Shown one piece after another: positions 26,350 to 41,009 of a stretch of 64,000 nucleotides of DNA; the stretch's first letter is position 1; every line of letters starts with the position of its first letter. The DNA is from Octopus sinensis (lineage: Eukaryota), in contig NC_042999.1 of NCBI RefSeq assembly GCF_006345805.1, positions 82,956,001-83,020,000 on the forward strand, in the 5' to 3' direction. Below the pieces are notes generated by a model that searched no databases, was not told where the DNA came from, and was given only the letters and a program-made list of their open reading frames with translations. The translations under genes and the position numbers were made by a program.

Positions 26350-27804
26350 ATATGTGTGTGTGTGTTATATAGTGTGTGTAGCACATGTACATACATCATC
26401 CTCTATCACTCTTTTTCCTCTTCTACTTGTGTAATATGCTTTACTTTCTCTTTTCTTATTCTCTCCTTCTCTCTCTCCTTGTTTTTCTTCTTCTTTTACC
26501 TCCCTGCTGTCCTCTCACCACCTGGTTTCAGTGATATAAACTGCTTTGAAGCTAATGAAATCACAACACATCTCACATGTACATTAACACCCACACACAC
26601 ACACCATCATCACCATCATCATTGTGTGTGTATATATATATGTGTGTGTGCATGCATGCAGTGACATACTTGTGCTTACCACTCTTACCATGCACTTCAA
26701 ATGCACAAATGTGAAACTGAAATACACACACACGCACACACGTATAAAAAGTGCTTTTGTACAATCTGTGTTCCTCACATACACACACACACACATACAT
26801 AAGCACAAATATTCGTGTGTATTCTTTATCTTACGCTTGTTCATTTGTGCCACTAAGACACTCAGCAATTTACACGCACATACAGAATCAATCTGATATG
26901 CCAAAAAGAACATTTGTTCAATCCAAGCCAGCATGGAAAATGGACATTAGAACATTGTGGTTGTGATACTTACGTTGATGATGATGATGATGATTACAAT
27001 GACGAATGCCGCCGCCACCACCACCTCCTCTATCATCACCACCATCAGCTCTATCTAGAAGAATGCTATTATCACTCTGAAGACTAACTCTCAGATTTGA
27101 ATTTGCTCTGTAGTTGTGAGCAGATTTGAAAGCAAAGCTATGTTAATGCTTCTATTGCGGCTTAAGACTGCAAGGAAGATTTTGCTTTTGTGCATTTTGG
27201 AAGCTAATAAAACACTCGGCAATTTTTCGGTGCTGAATCTGTTCGTAGTATTAAATTCTTCTGCATTTTCTTATCTACTTATACTTAGACGTATTGCACT
27301 TTTTCTGGGATAAATGACTTGGTTTTTGTCATAATCCCACCCAATCTTAATCCTTGAATTCCCCAAACTGCATACATTTGTACTAAATACCCGTGACGAT
27401 ATCAGTGCGACCAGAGTTTCCTGATATTTATCCCAACAAACCTGCCATTTACTTCATCTTCTTACTGTGTGTCCAGGCCACGACTATCTGTAAAGACTTG
27501 CCTCGCCAGCATATTCATATATTCATCTAAATAAGCAAGCAAGTGATGTGCTTTTAATGAAAGCACTTATCTCTCTTCCTCTCATCACCAGTACTGTGTC
27601 TGAGCTGTTCCAGACAACTTGTGCTAAACCTTTCTTCAACTACTTGTGCATCTTGGCTCTGTGTTCTTAGAACTTTTTTCTCTAGCCCATATTTTCTCTG
27701 TAAATAGTGACCAACCAGCTGAAAACGTCTACTACATGAATAAAACAATCCTAGAATGGCCTGCAAAATGCTCAGTCAATGGACACACTATCTGATATAG
27801 GGGT

Positions 27805-27935
27805 ATCTGGTTGCTAGAAATAGTAACAAGATAGATTCCCCCTCTAGTCATATCCTGCATTTTAAAGGACACATTGGATAATGTAGTTCTGGATATTCTA
27901 TACCTGAAAAATAAACAAAGTGTAATGGCTATGTT
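27805..27935 (+). repeat. Unclassified interspersed repeat (representative copy)
   Basis: GCTAGAAATAG...GGACACATTGGATAATGTAG...CTGAAAAATAAA...GATGGTCATGGCTGGAATGCCTTT-type consensus. Related copies at about 105-290, 14600-14680, 17085-17265, 22610-22790, 40240-40320, 47575-47770 (-), 48320-48480 (-), 50590-50760 (-) and 51060-51220. Confidence 0.7.
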
Positions 27936-28246
27936 TATCACGACTCAGGTGGGGTTAAGTACACGTAATGTACTGGATTCAATTTCCTTTACAAATTTTT
28001 GGTTTTGCATCAATGTGAGAAATATATTGTTGCGGTATCGTGTTCCTCACTTCTCCCTCCCACATTCACACATTTACCAGTCAGCAAGGACGGAACTGAT
28101 CTATAGGTAACATGTAGATACTGGTGTCACGCAGCTAGCACCTGTGTTGGTGGCATGTAAAAGCACCTATTACACTCTCAGACTGGTTGGTGTCAGGAAG
28201 AGCATCAAGCCTTAGAAACCATGCCAGCATGGGTAACAGACTTTAG

Positions 28247-28463
28247 CCCTTCAGTATTTAAACCAGCCATATCCGGCCAAAATAGTTAATCTGTTTTATA
28301 TTCAAACTGACCAGATCCAGGCTCTCACACTCACCTTACAATGTTATTCTACATTAAATAATTACACCATCAACATCTTGAAGATGAGACAATGCATGAT
28401 TAATTCAAATCAATGTGAATCAATAGGCATTATATTTGATAGAATAATCTGAACACTAAAGGG
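28247..28463. mobile_element. piggyBac-like MITE
   Basis: TTAG|CCCTTCAG ... CTAAAGGG|TTAA; opposite orientation to the 16035 copy. Confidence 0.78.
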
Positions 28464-29159
28464 TTAAATGATGATGATAATGAAGTAGGTAGTTATAGCT
28501 GTCTAGTTCTAGGTTGTGTGCGCGGGTATGTGTCTGTGTGTGCATGCCTGTGTGCGTGCATTGACAAAAGGGACTGTAAGGACAAATACTAGGCTTGATA
28601 AAATCAAGTACTAGGGTCAATTCATTTGACTAAAAAAATTCTTCAAGGTGGTGTCTCAGCATAGCTGCAGACTGAAACTAACAAAAATAACAAAAAAATA
28701 TATAAAAGATTTAGTACATCTTGTGTGTACAGTTAGATATATATACAACTTCCACTGGTGAGGTCTCAGCTCTGTAGATTATTGTCATCAAATCTACTTG
28801 TAGTATAGTGCTTCGGTTACTGCTAATACTTAGTAGTTTTATTGGTTATGATATCCAAGTAAATGTAGGAGGCTTACGATTTACACAAATTTTTGTCATT
28901 TGTTCTATCAAAATATTTCACCTTTGTGGCTGTTTCAAATGCCTGCGTTGGATGTTCGAGTGCTGTTGGATGCTTAACCACTACAGATCATCTGGGGAAC
29001 ACTTTATTTGCATTATGTTACAGAGATTAAATCTCTGTCTGTCTGTTTGTGTGTCCAGCCATCCATCCATCCAGCCAGCCAGCCACAAGCAAGCAGGTAG
29101 CCAAATGCCTTGGTGCAATATACTGATTCATTATTCCATGAAGTGTGTACCATAGCTCG

Positions 29160-29556
29160 TTTACTCTTTTACTTGTTTCAGTCATTTGACTGTGGCCATG
29201 CTGGAGCACTGCCTTTAGTCGAGCAACTTGACCCCAGGACTTATTCTTTGTGAGCCCAGTACTTATTCTATCGGTTTCTTTTGCTGAACCGCTAAGTTAC
29301 AGGGATGTAAACACACCACCATCGGTTGTCAAGCGATGTTGGGGGGACAAACATAGACACACACATACACACACACACACATATATATATACATATGACG
29401 GGCTTCTTTCAGTTTCCTTCTATCAAATCCACTCACAAGGCTTTGGTCGGCTCGAGGCTATAGTAGAAGACACTTGCCTAAGGTGCCACACAGTGGGACT
29501 GAACCCACAACCATGTGGCTGGTAAGCAAGCTACTTACCACACAGCCACTCCTACG
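29160..29556 (-). mobile_element. CORE-type SINE, well preserved
   Basis: Full reverse-complement copy with internal (CA)/(TA) tract. Confidence 0.92.
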
Positions 29557-30199
29557 TCTATTGGCTTTTTAAAGAATATTGCATTTCTTTCAGTGTCAGA
29601 GCTTTTCGTGTCTGCATCTAGATTTTAAGTATAGGAAATAACCAGAGACAAGCTAGGTGAGCTTGGTCAGAACATTGCAACTAAAGACACTTGAAAAGAA
29701 TGCACTCAATCTGCTGGAATTAGCAGTCAAATGTTCCTCTAACATTGAATAATTCACATTTGAAAACAGCTTGCCAGATTGTATGGTGTTGGTGGTGGTG
29801 TGGTTGCTTTGGCCCAAATTGGCTTTGATGGAACAGATCTATGATCAAGGGCATCCAGCTGTGATAATCTCAGACACAATATGAGTAATGAGAGGAGGAA
29901 ACCCCAGTGCATTGAGTGGAACACAGTTTGTTAGATCAGAGGAAATATATGAAATTATGCAGTTCATATGTCTTTTCTGACTAGGTAAGCCTGTTGTTCG
30001 TTTTTTTTTCTTCTTTTTTCTCTTATTTTTATTCTCTATCTTTTGATGTGTTCAGTCAACAGAAAAGGTTTATTCAAGGAAACCTCAGTTTGGATATATA
30101 ATCATGTTTATATTACATAAAGGAAGCATGTATTAGAATTTACACACTTTTAGCACAAGGGTGTATTCAGCACTTATATCTTGTAGCACAAATGAATAA

Positions 30200-31220
30200 A
30201 AGCATCTCACACACAACATATCACTCACACACACACACACACCACACACATACAATATAGTCGACTATATAAATGCATTCATAGAAATATATCCAATACA
30301 CACATAACACATATATTGAGAAAATACACACATACACACACACGTGTGTGTGCGAAACCATATATCAACTATAAAAAGTATATGAAAAGCATCAAGAGGA
30401 AATATCTAACGTATACACCTGCATTTATAACACCCATGCATACCTATACACACCATGCTGCTTGTATATACAGACTACATGACGTACACACTTTAGTTTT
30501 GAAATAATTAGGATAGACAAGAAGACCTGATGCTATCTTGTCTTTCATTCTTCAACATGTAAGCGCTTACACATGCAGAAAACATACATGCGCACACGCA
30601 CAGCATGTAGAGCACAGATGCTGAAGCTTACATATATACATAGAACGAAAATATAGAAACACATATTCTACAACTGTATACATATATGCACACACACACA
30701 ACACATGGTACATACATGCACAAATCATTCATGCAGCTCCATGAGAAACGCATATATTGTATGGACACATGCATGCACACACACACACGCATAGATAGCA
30801 GCAATGCTACAAAAATATATAGACGCACACATACAAGGATATACATACATACTACAAATATACTTGCACTCATTTATACTGCACATGATAGATATGTGCA
30901 TCGAACATTCATACAACTCCACTAAAAACATATGCACACACACATGCACTCACAGCATATATACACACACATATATATACTCAGACACACGCTACAAATA
31001 TACTTGTACACACACAACACATACACCAAATGTTCACACACATACATACATACATACATAGTAACAGCTGAATATAAACCATCAACACTCATACATACAC
31101 ATACATGTGCTCAAGAACATGACATTACTAGACATATATACTACATAACACATTTAAACGCATCATCAGCTATACCACATAAAGACAATACATGCGCATA
31201 GACCGACACATGCACACGCC
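30200..31220. repeat. CA/TA-rich low-complexity region
   Basis: Alternating purine-pyrimidine ACAC/ATAC/GCAT sequence. Confidence 0.8.
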
Positions 31221-32055
31221 ACAAATTGCTCACCAAGCCGCCTTCCTCTTATCTTTTACTAGTTTCATTCATTGGACTATGCCCATGCTGGGGCACGACC
31301 TTGATGGGTTTTGTCTAACACATTAATTCAAGTGTTTATTTTTAAAGCATGGTACTTTTTCTATTGGTCTCTTTTGCCAAACTTCTAACTCAAGGGGACA
31401 TAAACAAACCAACAGTTTCTCAAGCCATGGTGGGATGGTCTCATACACACACACAAATATCTAGATATGTATGTCCAGCCTGTGCCAGCATGGAAAATGA
31501 ATGCTAAACGATGATGATGATGGGATTCCACAGTTTCCACTTGCTGAATTCACTCGCAGAAGCATTGGCCAGCCCAGTGTTAAACTAAGAAGATCCTTGC
31601 CCAAGGTGCTATGCAGTGGGGCTGAGCCTGAAACCGCATGGGTTGCAAAGCAAGCTATTTAACCAAACAGCCATTCCAGCAACTATACCACACATCCATG
31701 CTTGCTGCACCTATACATGCAGACAATATTACAAATGGCACATTAGAACTTAACTAATATGCCATATAGCAAGTATACTCTAAAATACATGCACATACCT
31801 AGGCATTCACCAGCTACAACATATGAAAGAATACAATGTACCACCACACCAGCAAAAGCTTCTAACTAGAAGTTAATACAACTGAAAGACATGATATACA
31901 CAACAACAGTTATTTATATACATTTGCATATTAACGTCAATAACCACACATGTACTCATACATGTGCATATACATACACTCTGTAGTAATAGAGCATTGA
32001 TGCAAAAACTAATAATAATGATGTCTTGCTTAAATAATAAAATATGATGTATAAG

Positions 32056-32095
<40 letters not shown>

Positions 32096-32229
32096 TATAA
32101 CAAGAACAGTGTGTAGTTTGTTATATATTACAGTATTAGAACTATGCATAGTGAAATATTCACCATTTCATCAACATGGCTACACAAGGGATAAGAACAA
32201 TAAAAAGTGTGTAGGTGTATATGTATATA

Positions 32230-32281
<52 letters not shown>

Positions 32282-33009
32282 CACACACACCTACAACCCA
32301 TACCAACATTTAAGATGGAAGTAAAATGATGATTATATATATATATACACTCACACACACATTGAGTCACAAAGTATATATACCTGTGTGTATGTGTGTG
32401 ATACACACACACACACCATCACAGCTACACATAACTCAGCAATGGTTAGCTCAATAGACTCAGACATGAGTCGAGTATATTCTCTTTGATACCAGCAGCT
32501 CACCAACACACACGCACTCAGCTCACACACACACACACAGACACACACACACACAGCAACACCAAAGAAACACAACAGAACTCAGTGCACACCTCTACAC
32601 ACTCACTCACCCCCCCCCTTATTAACACATCAGGGCAGCTCTTAGAAAAGTAAAGACTCTGGCAAGATTTAGTTTGATGCTAATAATTCTCTCTGTACCA
32701 TAATACCATTTACTATGTAGCATTTCCTCCCAAAGTCTGCAGAAGAGGGCCAAGCATATATGCACGACATTCCATTCTTCTACATAGCAGAATCTTTTGT
32801 CTGCTTCAGCCTCCCTATACTCTACTACAACTTTCTCCTTGAATCTGCCTATTACCGCCATCACTGCCACTAGCACCATTATTATAATCACTACCATAGC
32901 TGCTGCCATCATCATCATCATCATCGTCATCATCATCTCAATCATTAGTACCATCATTAATACCACAATCACTACTTCCTTTTTCTACCTTACCACTTTT
33001 ACACCCACC

Positions 33010-33011
33010 TA

Positions 33012-33046
<35 letters not shown>

Positions 33047-33127
33047 TCCTTTCTTTACTCCTCTCTTCACCCACCCCTCCCACCACCACCACTCCAACAA
33101 ACCTTTAATGTACTCAATCTCTCTCTT

Positions 33128-33164
<37 letters not shown>

Positions 33165-33483
33165 CTCCTTTCTGGGCTCCTGTTTTTTGTTTTGATTTTA
33201 TTTTTCTCTTAATCCTTCCATTTTGCTAACCCTTTCTGTTACTACTGCTACTGCTGCTACCATGATCACTTCTACTGTTTCTTCCTCAACCTCTCTTTAC
33301 CTCTCTCCCCTTATTCCTCATTTCCCACCCCCTTTCCTCACTTTTCTCACTCAAATCTTTTTCTGGTAATCTTTTCAGCCACCCCTTTCCACCACCCTAC
33401 CCTCTTCTCCTCATCTCTCTGTTGCACCACCTTTCTCTCTTTCACTCACTCTCTCTCTCTGTCTCTCTCACTCACTCTCTCTC

Positions 33484-33517
<34 letters not shown>

Positions 33518-34600
33518 CATCTGCCAAAATGGGAATAGCAGGTGAACCTAAAAATACGCCATATTACTTCTCCCCACTGCTATCCTCCCCCCTTCACCAC
33601 CCCTACCCTCTTACCATTAGGCACTATCGCCAAATTCTACCGCCACCATCACTACCACCGCCATCACGTCTTTCAGTAAATGTGGATCGAAGGGGGGGGG
33701 GGTTGCGATCTGTCTGAGTGTGTATGTGGTGGTGGTGGTGGTGGAAGAGGGGGGAGAGGTTGTAGATTGGTGGTGCTGATGGATTTAAATGTAGTGAGAG
33801 GTGGGTATATTCAGCTTAGGTAGAGAGTAATGGTGGAGTTGTGTATATAGTATGTTGCTGGCAGTGGTGGTAACAGGGAGAGTGTATGTTGAGGTGTGTG
33901 TGTGTGGGGGGGCATGATGGCCTGCGGTGGTAGTGGTGATGGTGGTGTTGGTAGTAGTGTTGTGGTTGTGATAATTGTGATGGTGATGCTGTGGTGACAT
34001 TGATGATGGCTCTACTGTAGTAGTGGCAGTAGTAGTGGTGGTGGTGGTGTGGTAGTGGTAGTAGTGGTGGTGGTGGTGGTAGTAGTGGTGAAAGTTGTTA
34101 GTGGTGGATGGGTGGGTGGGTGATGGTGCTAATGCCTGTGGTGTGGTAGTTTACTGATGGAGGGACTGTAGTAGCAAAGATGGTGGTGGTGGTGTGTGCT
34201 TGTGTGTTGAAGGGGTTTGAGGAAGGGGTTTGAGGGTGGGGTGGGGGTGAGTGGAGCTGGGTGTGCAGGAAAATGGCAAGAGTTGGAGAGAAAGCAGACA
34301 GAAGATCCATTAATGGTTGGATTTCACTAATGATGACGCTTTGCTGCTGCTGCTACTACTACTACTACTTCTGCTGTACTGCTATTACAACTAATACTAC
34401 TACTAACGCTACTGCTACTACTACTATTAGCAATAACAATGATTTTTATATTTTGCCTCAAGGGCAATTTAAATACAAAACATTAGGGTACACAGGTCAT
34501 TGATTTTTACACAGGCATGCAGCTTGATGTTTCTGTAGAAGATTTAGTGGGTGGTGGTGGTGATGGTGGTGGTGGTGGTGGTGGTGATAGTGGTGATGAG
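33010..34600. repeat. Compound simple-repeat region: (GA)n, (CT)n, (GGT/AGT)n, (CTA/CTG)n
   Basis: Direct inspection. Confidence 0.85.
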
Positions 34601-35324
34601 AATGGTAAAGATGCATTCCGAAGGGCATTAGTGATGTAAAAAGAAGTGAAGCAGGGATTTCTATAGGGAATTCAAACCAGGTTGTAAATAGAAAGCTCTT
34701 AGAACTCTTAGATCTTCAAAACTGTCTGCTGGAAATATCATCATACTATTGTTGGTATGATGTTAATGATGCTGCTGCTGCTGCTGCTGATGATGATGAT
34801 AATTATTATTATCATTATCATCATCATCATCATCAATGGTATAAATATCTGAATTGTAGAAACAGCTGAATAGATATGATATTCTTCATTACCAGTTCCA
34901 GAGGTCCTTTGAGATAAAAGTAGTACAAATCTATTGTTGGATGAGGCTTATAGTAAAAGGGTCTTAACCCTTTAGTGACTATATTTCTAATGAAATACAC
35001 TGTGTATGGGATTTCAATCAAATTTTAAAATACTGAAGAATTTCGAAGGAATTTGGAAAATAACTAACTTTTCTGTTATTGATGTAGAATATGGAAAGTG
35101 ATTTAACAAAAAGGTTTTTACTAAAGAATTATGGTAAAAGGTTTTACATTTTCTTTACAGACTACACTTTACAATGGATAGATATGATGATTGTTCTGAT
35201 AATGTAGACTGTGAATGACTTTGTAACTTGTATTCTTTGGTCTAACCAAATTATAAAAGCAGCATGAAAATTTATAACTTTTGTGGCCTGGATGCAGATG
35301 TGTATGTGTATATATATAATAGAC

Positions 35325-35507
35325 ACAGGCATGGCTGTGTGTTAAGAAGCTTGCTTCCCAACCATGTGGTTCTAGGTTCAGTGCCATATTGCATGGCACC
35401 TTGGGAAAATGTTTTCTGTTATTGCTTCGGGGTGACCTGAAGCCTTGTGAGTGGATTTGGTAAACAGGAGCTGGAAGAAGCTGTATAAATGTATGTATGC
35501 ATGTGTG

Positions 35508-35542
<35 letters not shown>

Positions 35543-35860
35543 ATTTGCAAAGTAGTGGTTTTGTCTCTAATTAATATTATATAATATTTTACTATAAAAT
35601 TGGATTCAATCCTAAATCTGATTTTTCCCTGTAAATTTGGATTTATTCCCTAATATTTATTATTATATATATATATATATATACATTATATATATATATA
35701 TATATATAATGATATTTACCCTACATCATATCAGCACAGTTTGGTGCGACCCCAAGGAACTGGTATCGCCATAAGTACTGGGGTCAATAAGTTTGACTAA
35801 AATTCTTCCAGGCTGTGCCCCAGCATGGCCACAGCCTAATGACTGAAAGAAGTAAAAAAT
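35325..35860 (+). mobile_element. CORE-type SINE split by an AT-rich insert within its microsatellite
   Basis: Head at 35325-35480, (TA)n and insert at about 35540-35720, tail at 35740-35860. Confidence 0.7.
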
Positions 35861-36177
35861 AAGAGATAGTGCATCATGGTACTGTGTTTCTTTCTTTCCT
35901 AAAATAGTAGCATCTCTCAATTATATTTGGCTGTGTTCCCTAATCCCTTATCCCTGCACTGATAGGGAAGAGTGGGGAAATAAGTACAATATTTTGGGAG
36001 GTTGCTGTCTGGCAAAGATTCTTCCCCTTTAACATCCTCTTATTTACTTAAAGGGGAAAATGAAACTTTATCCTTTCTCTCTTTCTCTTCCCCTAATACT
36101 TTGAAATTGAACTTGCAGCTTGGTAAGAGTTTCATGGGAGATCCTTACTTTCTTTTATTTTCTTATTTTCTTTTATT

Positions 36178-36495
36178 CTTTCACTTGTTTCAGTCATTTG
36201 CCTGCAGCCATACTGGAGCACCACCTTTAGTTGAAAAAAAAAATCTACCCCAGGACTTATTCTTTTGTAAGCCTAGTAGTTATTCTATCGGCCTCTTTTG
36301 CTGAACTGCTAAGTTATGGGGACATAAACACACCAACATTGGTTGTCAAGCGATAGTGGGGTGATAAATACAGACACAGCAACATACACACACACACGAT
36401 GGGCTTCATTCAGTTTCCGTCTACCAAACTCACTCACAAGGCTTTGATCAGCCCCAGGCTATAGTAGAAGACACTTGCCCAAAGTGCCACATGTG
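36178..36495 (-). mobile_element. CORE-type SINE, 5'-truncated
   Basis: Reverse-complement tail through the CORE region. Confidence 0.85.
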
Positions 36496-36829
36496 GAATT
36501 CATATTAATTGATATGTTTTATGTCAATACTAACATGGTTAGATGCTCTGTAGATCAATATCTCTCCATAACTTCTTGTTCTTCATCATCATAATCACTA
36601 TTTGTTCTGTGTTGCTATGGGTTGGATTGGCTATTTGCATCTCTCAGTGCTGCTTCCCTCTTGTTACCACGTTTCCTTTGAAATACACTGGCTTTGTTTC
36701 AGTTAAATTAGAAAATAATGAAGAATTTGCTGAAATAACTTTGTTATTATTAACCTGCTCTTTGGAACATAAATTAACATGAAATTTTGAAGGAAGGTTT
36801 TAATTTAGGATCACTTTAAAACCAAAATG

Positions 36830-37235
36830 GATAGATGGATATTGAAGTGGTTTGGTCATATGGAGAGGAGTGGATGGTAAGGAGGGCGATGAAGGCAGAA
36901 GTGGTAGGCAGCAGAACCAGAGGCAGACCTTGTGTGGATGGATGGAGTGAGGAAAGCTTTAGTAGTTGGAGGTGTTGGAGTGAGAGAGGCAAGAGAGTTT
37001 ATAAATGATAGGAAAGCTTGGAGAGTGTTTGTGGATGGATGAGTGAATTTGATGTTGCTCAAAGGGGCATGGAACCAGCATATGCTGTTGGGTACCGCTG
37101 CTGATATTGGGGGTTGCGTTCTGTGCCTTGACCCAAGCAGAGAATGGGGCTCGTCTCTCTGAGCTGGGAAATGAAAAGAATGCCTGGTGTGTCTCTTATG
37201 GTTACCCCCCTTAAAAAAATGGGGTATAAGCCTGG
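36830..37235 (+). mobile_element. RTE-clade LINE 3' end (ORF C-terminus plus putative 3' UTR)
   Basis: LKWFGHMER ... VRRAMKAEVVGSRTRGRP ... WMDGVRKAL ... EAREFINDRKAWRVFVDG* matches the recalled RTE C-terminal WxGHxxR...GxRxRGRP...W...DRxxWR motif. Confidence 0.85.
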
Positions 37236-38019
37236 GTATATATATAGATATTTTGTTTGTTTGTGTGTGTGTGTGTCTAGTAAATACATGTCACCAATGA
37301 AAAACCAGAGGTCTACATTGAGTGAGTTTTGCAACATTGGATAGTTGGTTCTGCTGCATGACATCTTGGGCGAGTATCTTTTCCTATTGTTCCAGGCCAA
37401 CTAAAGCCTCGTGAAAGAATTTCATAGATAGAAACTGAAAGCAGATTGTCATTTGTGTTTGTGTGTGTTTGTCCTCCACCTCCACCTGACATCCATTGTT
37501 GGTTTGTTTACATCCCTGTTACATATCAGTTTGCTAAAAGAGACTGATAGCATAAGTATGATGCTTAAAATGTAAGTACCTGGGTTGATTAGTTTCTCTA
37601 AACACTTCCTGGTGGTGCTCCAGCATAGCTGCAGTCCAGTGATTGAAACAAGCTAAAAGATGAATAAGATATAACCAAAGGGCATGACTTGGCTCTCCAC
37701 ATCAGTGATAGGTAGTGTATTTCATTCCTGTCCAAATTAAAAACCTTCCATCATAACTTTATGTAAACCATTTTTTTGCTCGGTTATATTCCAAGCATCA
37801 GCTTCATGCACCAAACCAATAAATATTGTTTTAGTAAGCTTTTACATATTCTTGATTTTCAAAATTTATTGCTGTTGTTAGGAAAGGAATAAATCAACTT
37901 AAGAGATAGCCAAATTGTAACATACGTCTCCTGCGTCTTTATTTGAGGTTTATACAATCTATCACTTCTCTGGATTTATCAAAGTTGCCATGAGAAATCC
38001 AGTAGAAATATATGAAACA

Positions 38020-38335
38020 TCATCATCATCGTTTAACGTCCGTTTTCCATGCTAGCATGGGTTGGATGGTTCAACCGGCATCTGGGAAACCAGGAGGCTG
38101 CACCAGGCTCCAGTCTGATCTGGCAGTGTTTCTACTGCTCGATGCCCTTCCTAACGCCAACCAATCCGTGAGTGTAGTGGATACTTTTTACGTGCCACCG
38201 GCACAGGGGCTTTTTACATGTCACCGACACAGACGCCAGTCAGGTGGCGCTGGCATCAGCCATGTTCGGATGCTGCTTTTTACGTTCCCTGGCACCAGTG
38301 TCAAAACATACACAGACTGCACCTCACCATCTCAC
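38020..38335 (-). mobile_element. SINE with RTE-like tail (...CCCATGCCAGCATGGAAAACGGACGTTAAACGATGATG)
   Basis: Reverse-complement copy. Related pieces at about 9170-9300, 28130-28240, 40640-40990, 53905-54570, 62150-62260 and 63610-63900. Confidence 0.8.
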
Positions 38336-41009
38336 ACATGTATATTTGCTGTAGTTAAAGATATTTTTTTTTTGTAATGTTTTAAGTGTTTCAATCATTG
38401 GACTGCAGCCATGCTGGGGCACCACAAGTCAAACATATTAACCTCTGTACCTTTAAAAAAAATATTTCTTTTTGTTTGTTTTTTGTAAAGGTGTGGTATT
38501 TATTCTATCAGTTTCTTTTGCTGAACTGCTAACTCACTGGACTGTAAAATGAACCAACACTAGTTGTCTAGGGGTGGAGGGAACAAACACAAAAATGCAC
38601 ACACACACAACACGTGCCTGCCAAATACACCAAGGCATTGGTTGACCCAGGGCTATAGAAATAAATTGTCCAAGGTTATTGTGCAGTGGTGAAAAATAGC
38701 TTTTAAATTGCAAAATTTGTCTAATCATTAATTTGCACAGATTATGTTATAGCTTCCTGATTGTTGCTTTTAAGAATGCTAACATTAAATTATGAAGCTG
38801 GTAATATTATGCAATAAATTAATTTGTATACAGGACTACTTTACTCTTTACAATGAGGGTTGTGGGTGGAATCAGAATGGTAAACTGGAAAAGGAAAGAG
38901 AAAGAGGGATTCACGAATACAGGTTAAGAAACATTGCCCCCCCCCCCGTACAAATACAGATTTTTTTTCCTTTATTTCTCTAACCCCTAAGAGTTCTTAC
39001 TCTCAGACAGTTTTCCTCTTTGTCTTCTTGCCTAACTCCTCTCCATTTATATTCATCCATATACTTTTAGATACAAACAGACCTTATTAGACTATGCCGG
39101 GGTCTTAGAACGAATACCCTTCCTGATATTCTTTGGCTGTCTTGCTCAATTAATTTATTCTGATGCGGCACCAAGCACCTATGCTTTAATTATTTTTACT
39201 CTTTGGTCTCTAACAATCCAGAACATGAGTTGCTATTATATGAATATACATGCATTCACCCACCACCACATGTATATGCATGTGTGTGTGTATATGTGTC
39301 TGTGTGTATGTGTGTATCAAAGTACTTATATTTTCTTTATGTGAGTGTATTGTTTCTGTTCATTTATTTCTCTGAGGCAGTGGTCATAACACCAATTAAT
39401 TTCAAATTAATCGTTGAGTTCTGCCACTGTATAAATGCCTTCATTACACAAATTAAAATGTGCTCTGGGTGCTTCATAGGGTGTCTAGTTTACTGCGTGC
39501 GTGCGCCCACACACACATGCACATTATACATATTTCTCCAACAACCCATACCAGCATGGAAGGCGAATGTTAAACAATGATGATGATGATTTTATATCTA
39601 GTGCCTATTGCAATTGAACTCAAAATCTGAAGAAGCTGGCAATCAGAGACGCTTTGAAGTAAATGTGAAACTTACTTTTTTTATAAATTTTTCTGCTTCA
39701 TATCTCTCTAGTGAGTGGTTTCTCAATCTTTCTAGTTACAACTATATAAACCCACACATCGTGTGTGTGTGTGTTTGGCCATGTATGTAAGTATGTGTAA
39801 TGTAGCATAAGAGCTAAAGAATTGTTAGAAAAAAAATGTTGTTATTTTTCTTAAAATAATTTTGAGGCTGTATAATGTCTCTTAAGAGTAAACATGTAGG
39901 GCTTGACAACTAAAGTACAAGATTTTAGCCTAGTTTTTTGTTTGTCATTTACTAGAAGTGGAGAGAGAGAGAGAGAGAGAGAGAATGCTTTAATCAGAAG
40001 TACACACAGATTCTCTTAGACACACATGAACACACACATGTATATCTGTGTGAATATGTGGTGTGTGTGCATGCATGTATGTATGTATGTATGTGTATAT
40101 GTGTATAATATATATATATATAAAATTAATAGCAGTAGAAAAACTGAGGTTTTCATAATTGATGCCCAGAGCTTCAAGTTGCTGTTTACTCAAAACAATA
40201 TCATTGCATCTTTATTTGAAGGCTGTAATGAACATTTGGTGAAAATAAGGCTTTTATCTGAAAAATAAAGACAGGATGGTCATGATTGGAATGCATTTTT
40301 TAATTTGGGCTAAATAACAGTGTTGGTCTTCAAGTAATATTCTAGATTTAGGGCTAGGTTTTGAGAAGAATTATAAAATACACTATACAGCATATGCAGG
40401 TACTTATGGTATATACAAATTATATTTATCCTCTGCCTCCTCCTCCTCATCATCATATAAGTAGGATGTTATAAGGGAAATATAATCCTTCCTAAATTAC
40501 AGGGGAAACTGGAAGAGGAAATGAAGGGCATTAGAAGGATGTTAGTGATTTTGTTTGTCTTAAGAGTAATAAAAAGCTATTCATTGTTCTGTATTTAAAG
40601 TTGTTGTTTCTCATTCTTTTAACAATGCTGCTGCTGATGATCATCATTTTAATGTCTCCTTCCTTAAGTATGCTTGGGTCAGATAGAATGTATTGATACT
40701 GAACTTCTACTGTCAGATACCCTTCCTGTTGCCAACCCTTACCAGTTTCCAAATGAGTAGTATTGAGCCCCATAGAAGACATGTTTCCATGGAAGATTGC
40801 AAATGAAAGATACCGCTTGCATGGTGGTGGCATTCATTTACAGCTGTCACACAAACTCAAGACACGAAGACGAGATTCAACAAATCAGAGGACCACATCT
40901 TGCTCCAATGTCTCACAGCAGGATGCCCTTCCTAACTCCTCCAACCATTTTACTGTGTTAATTTTTCATGGCACCCTCACTATAGACAGTGATAAACCAT
41001 CTTCTAGAC

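Noticed and set aside
27400-27720. Possible RTE-like LINE remnant on the minus strand (WPGHTVRR motif)
   Set aside because: Only one short motif is recognisable; too weak to call.
27850-27905. Apparent terminal exon GIEYPELHYPMCPLKCRI* with a strong acceptor
   Set aside because: Lies within a multi-copy interspersed repeat present about 10 times in the window.
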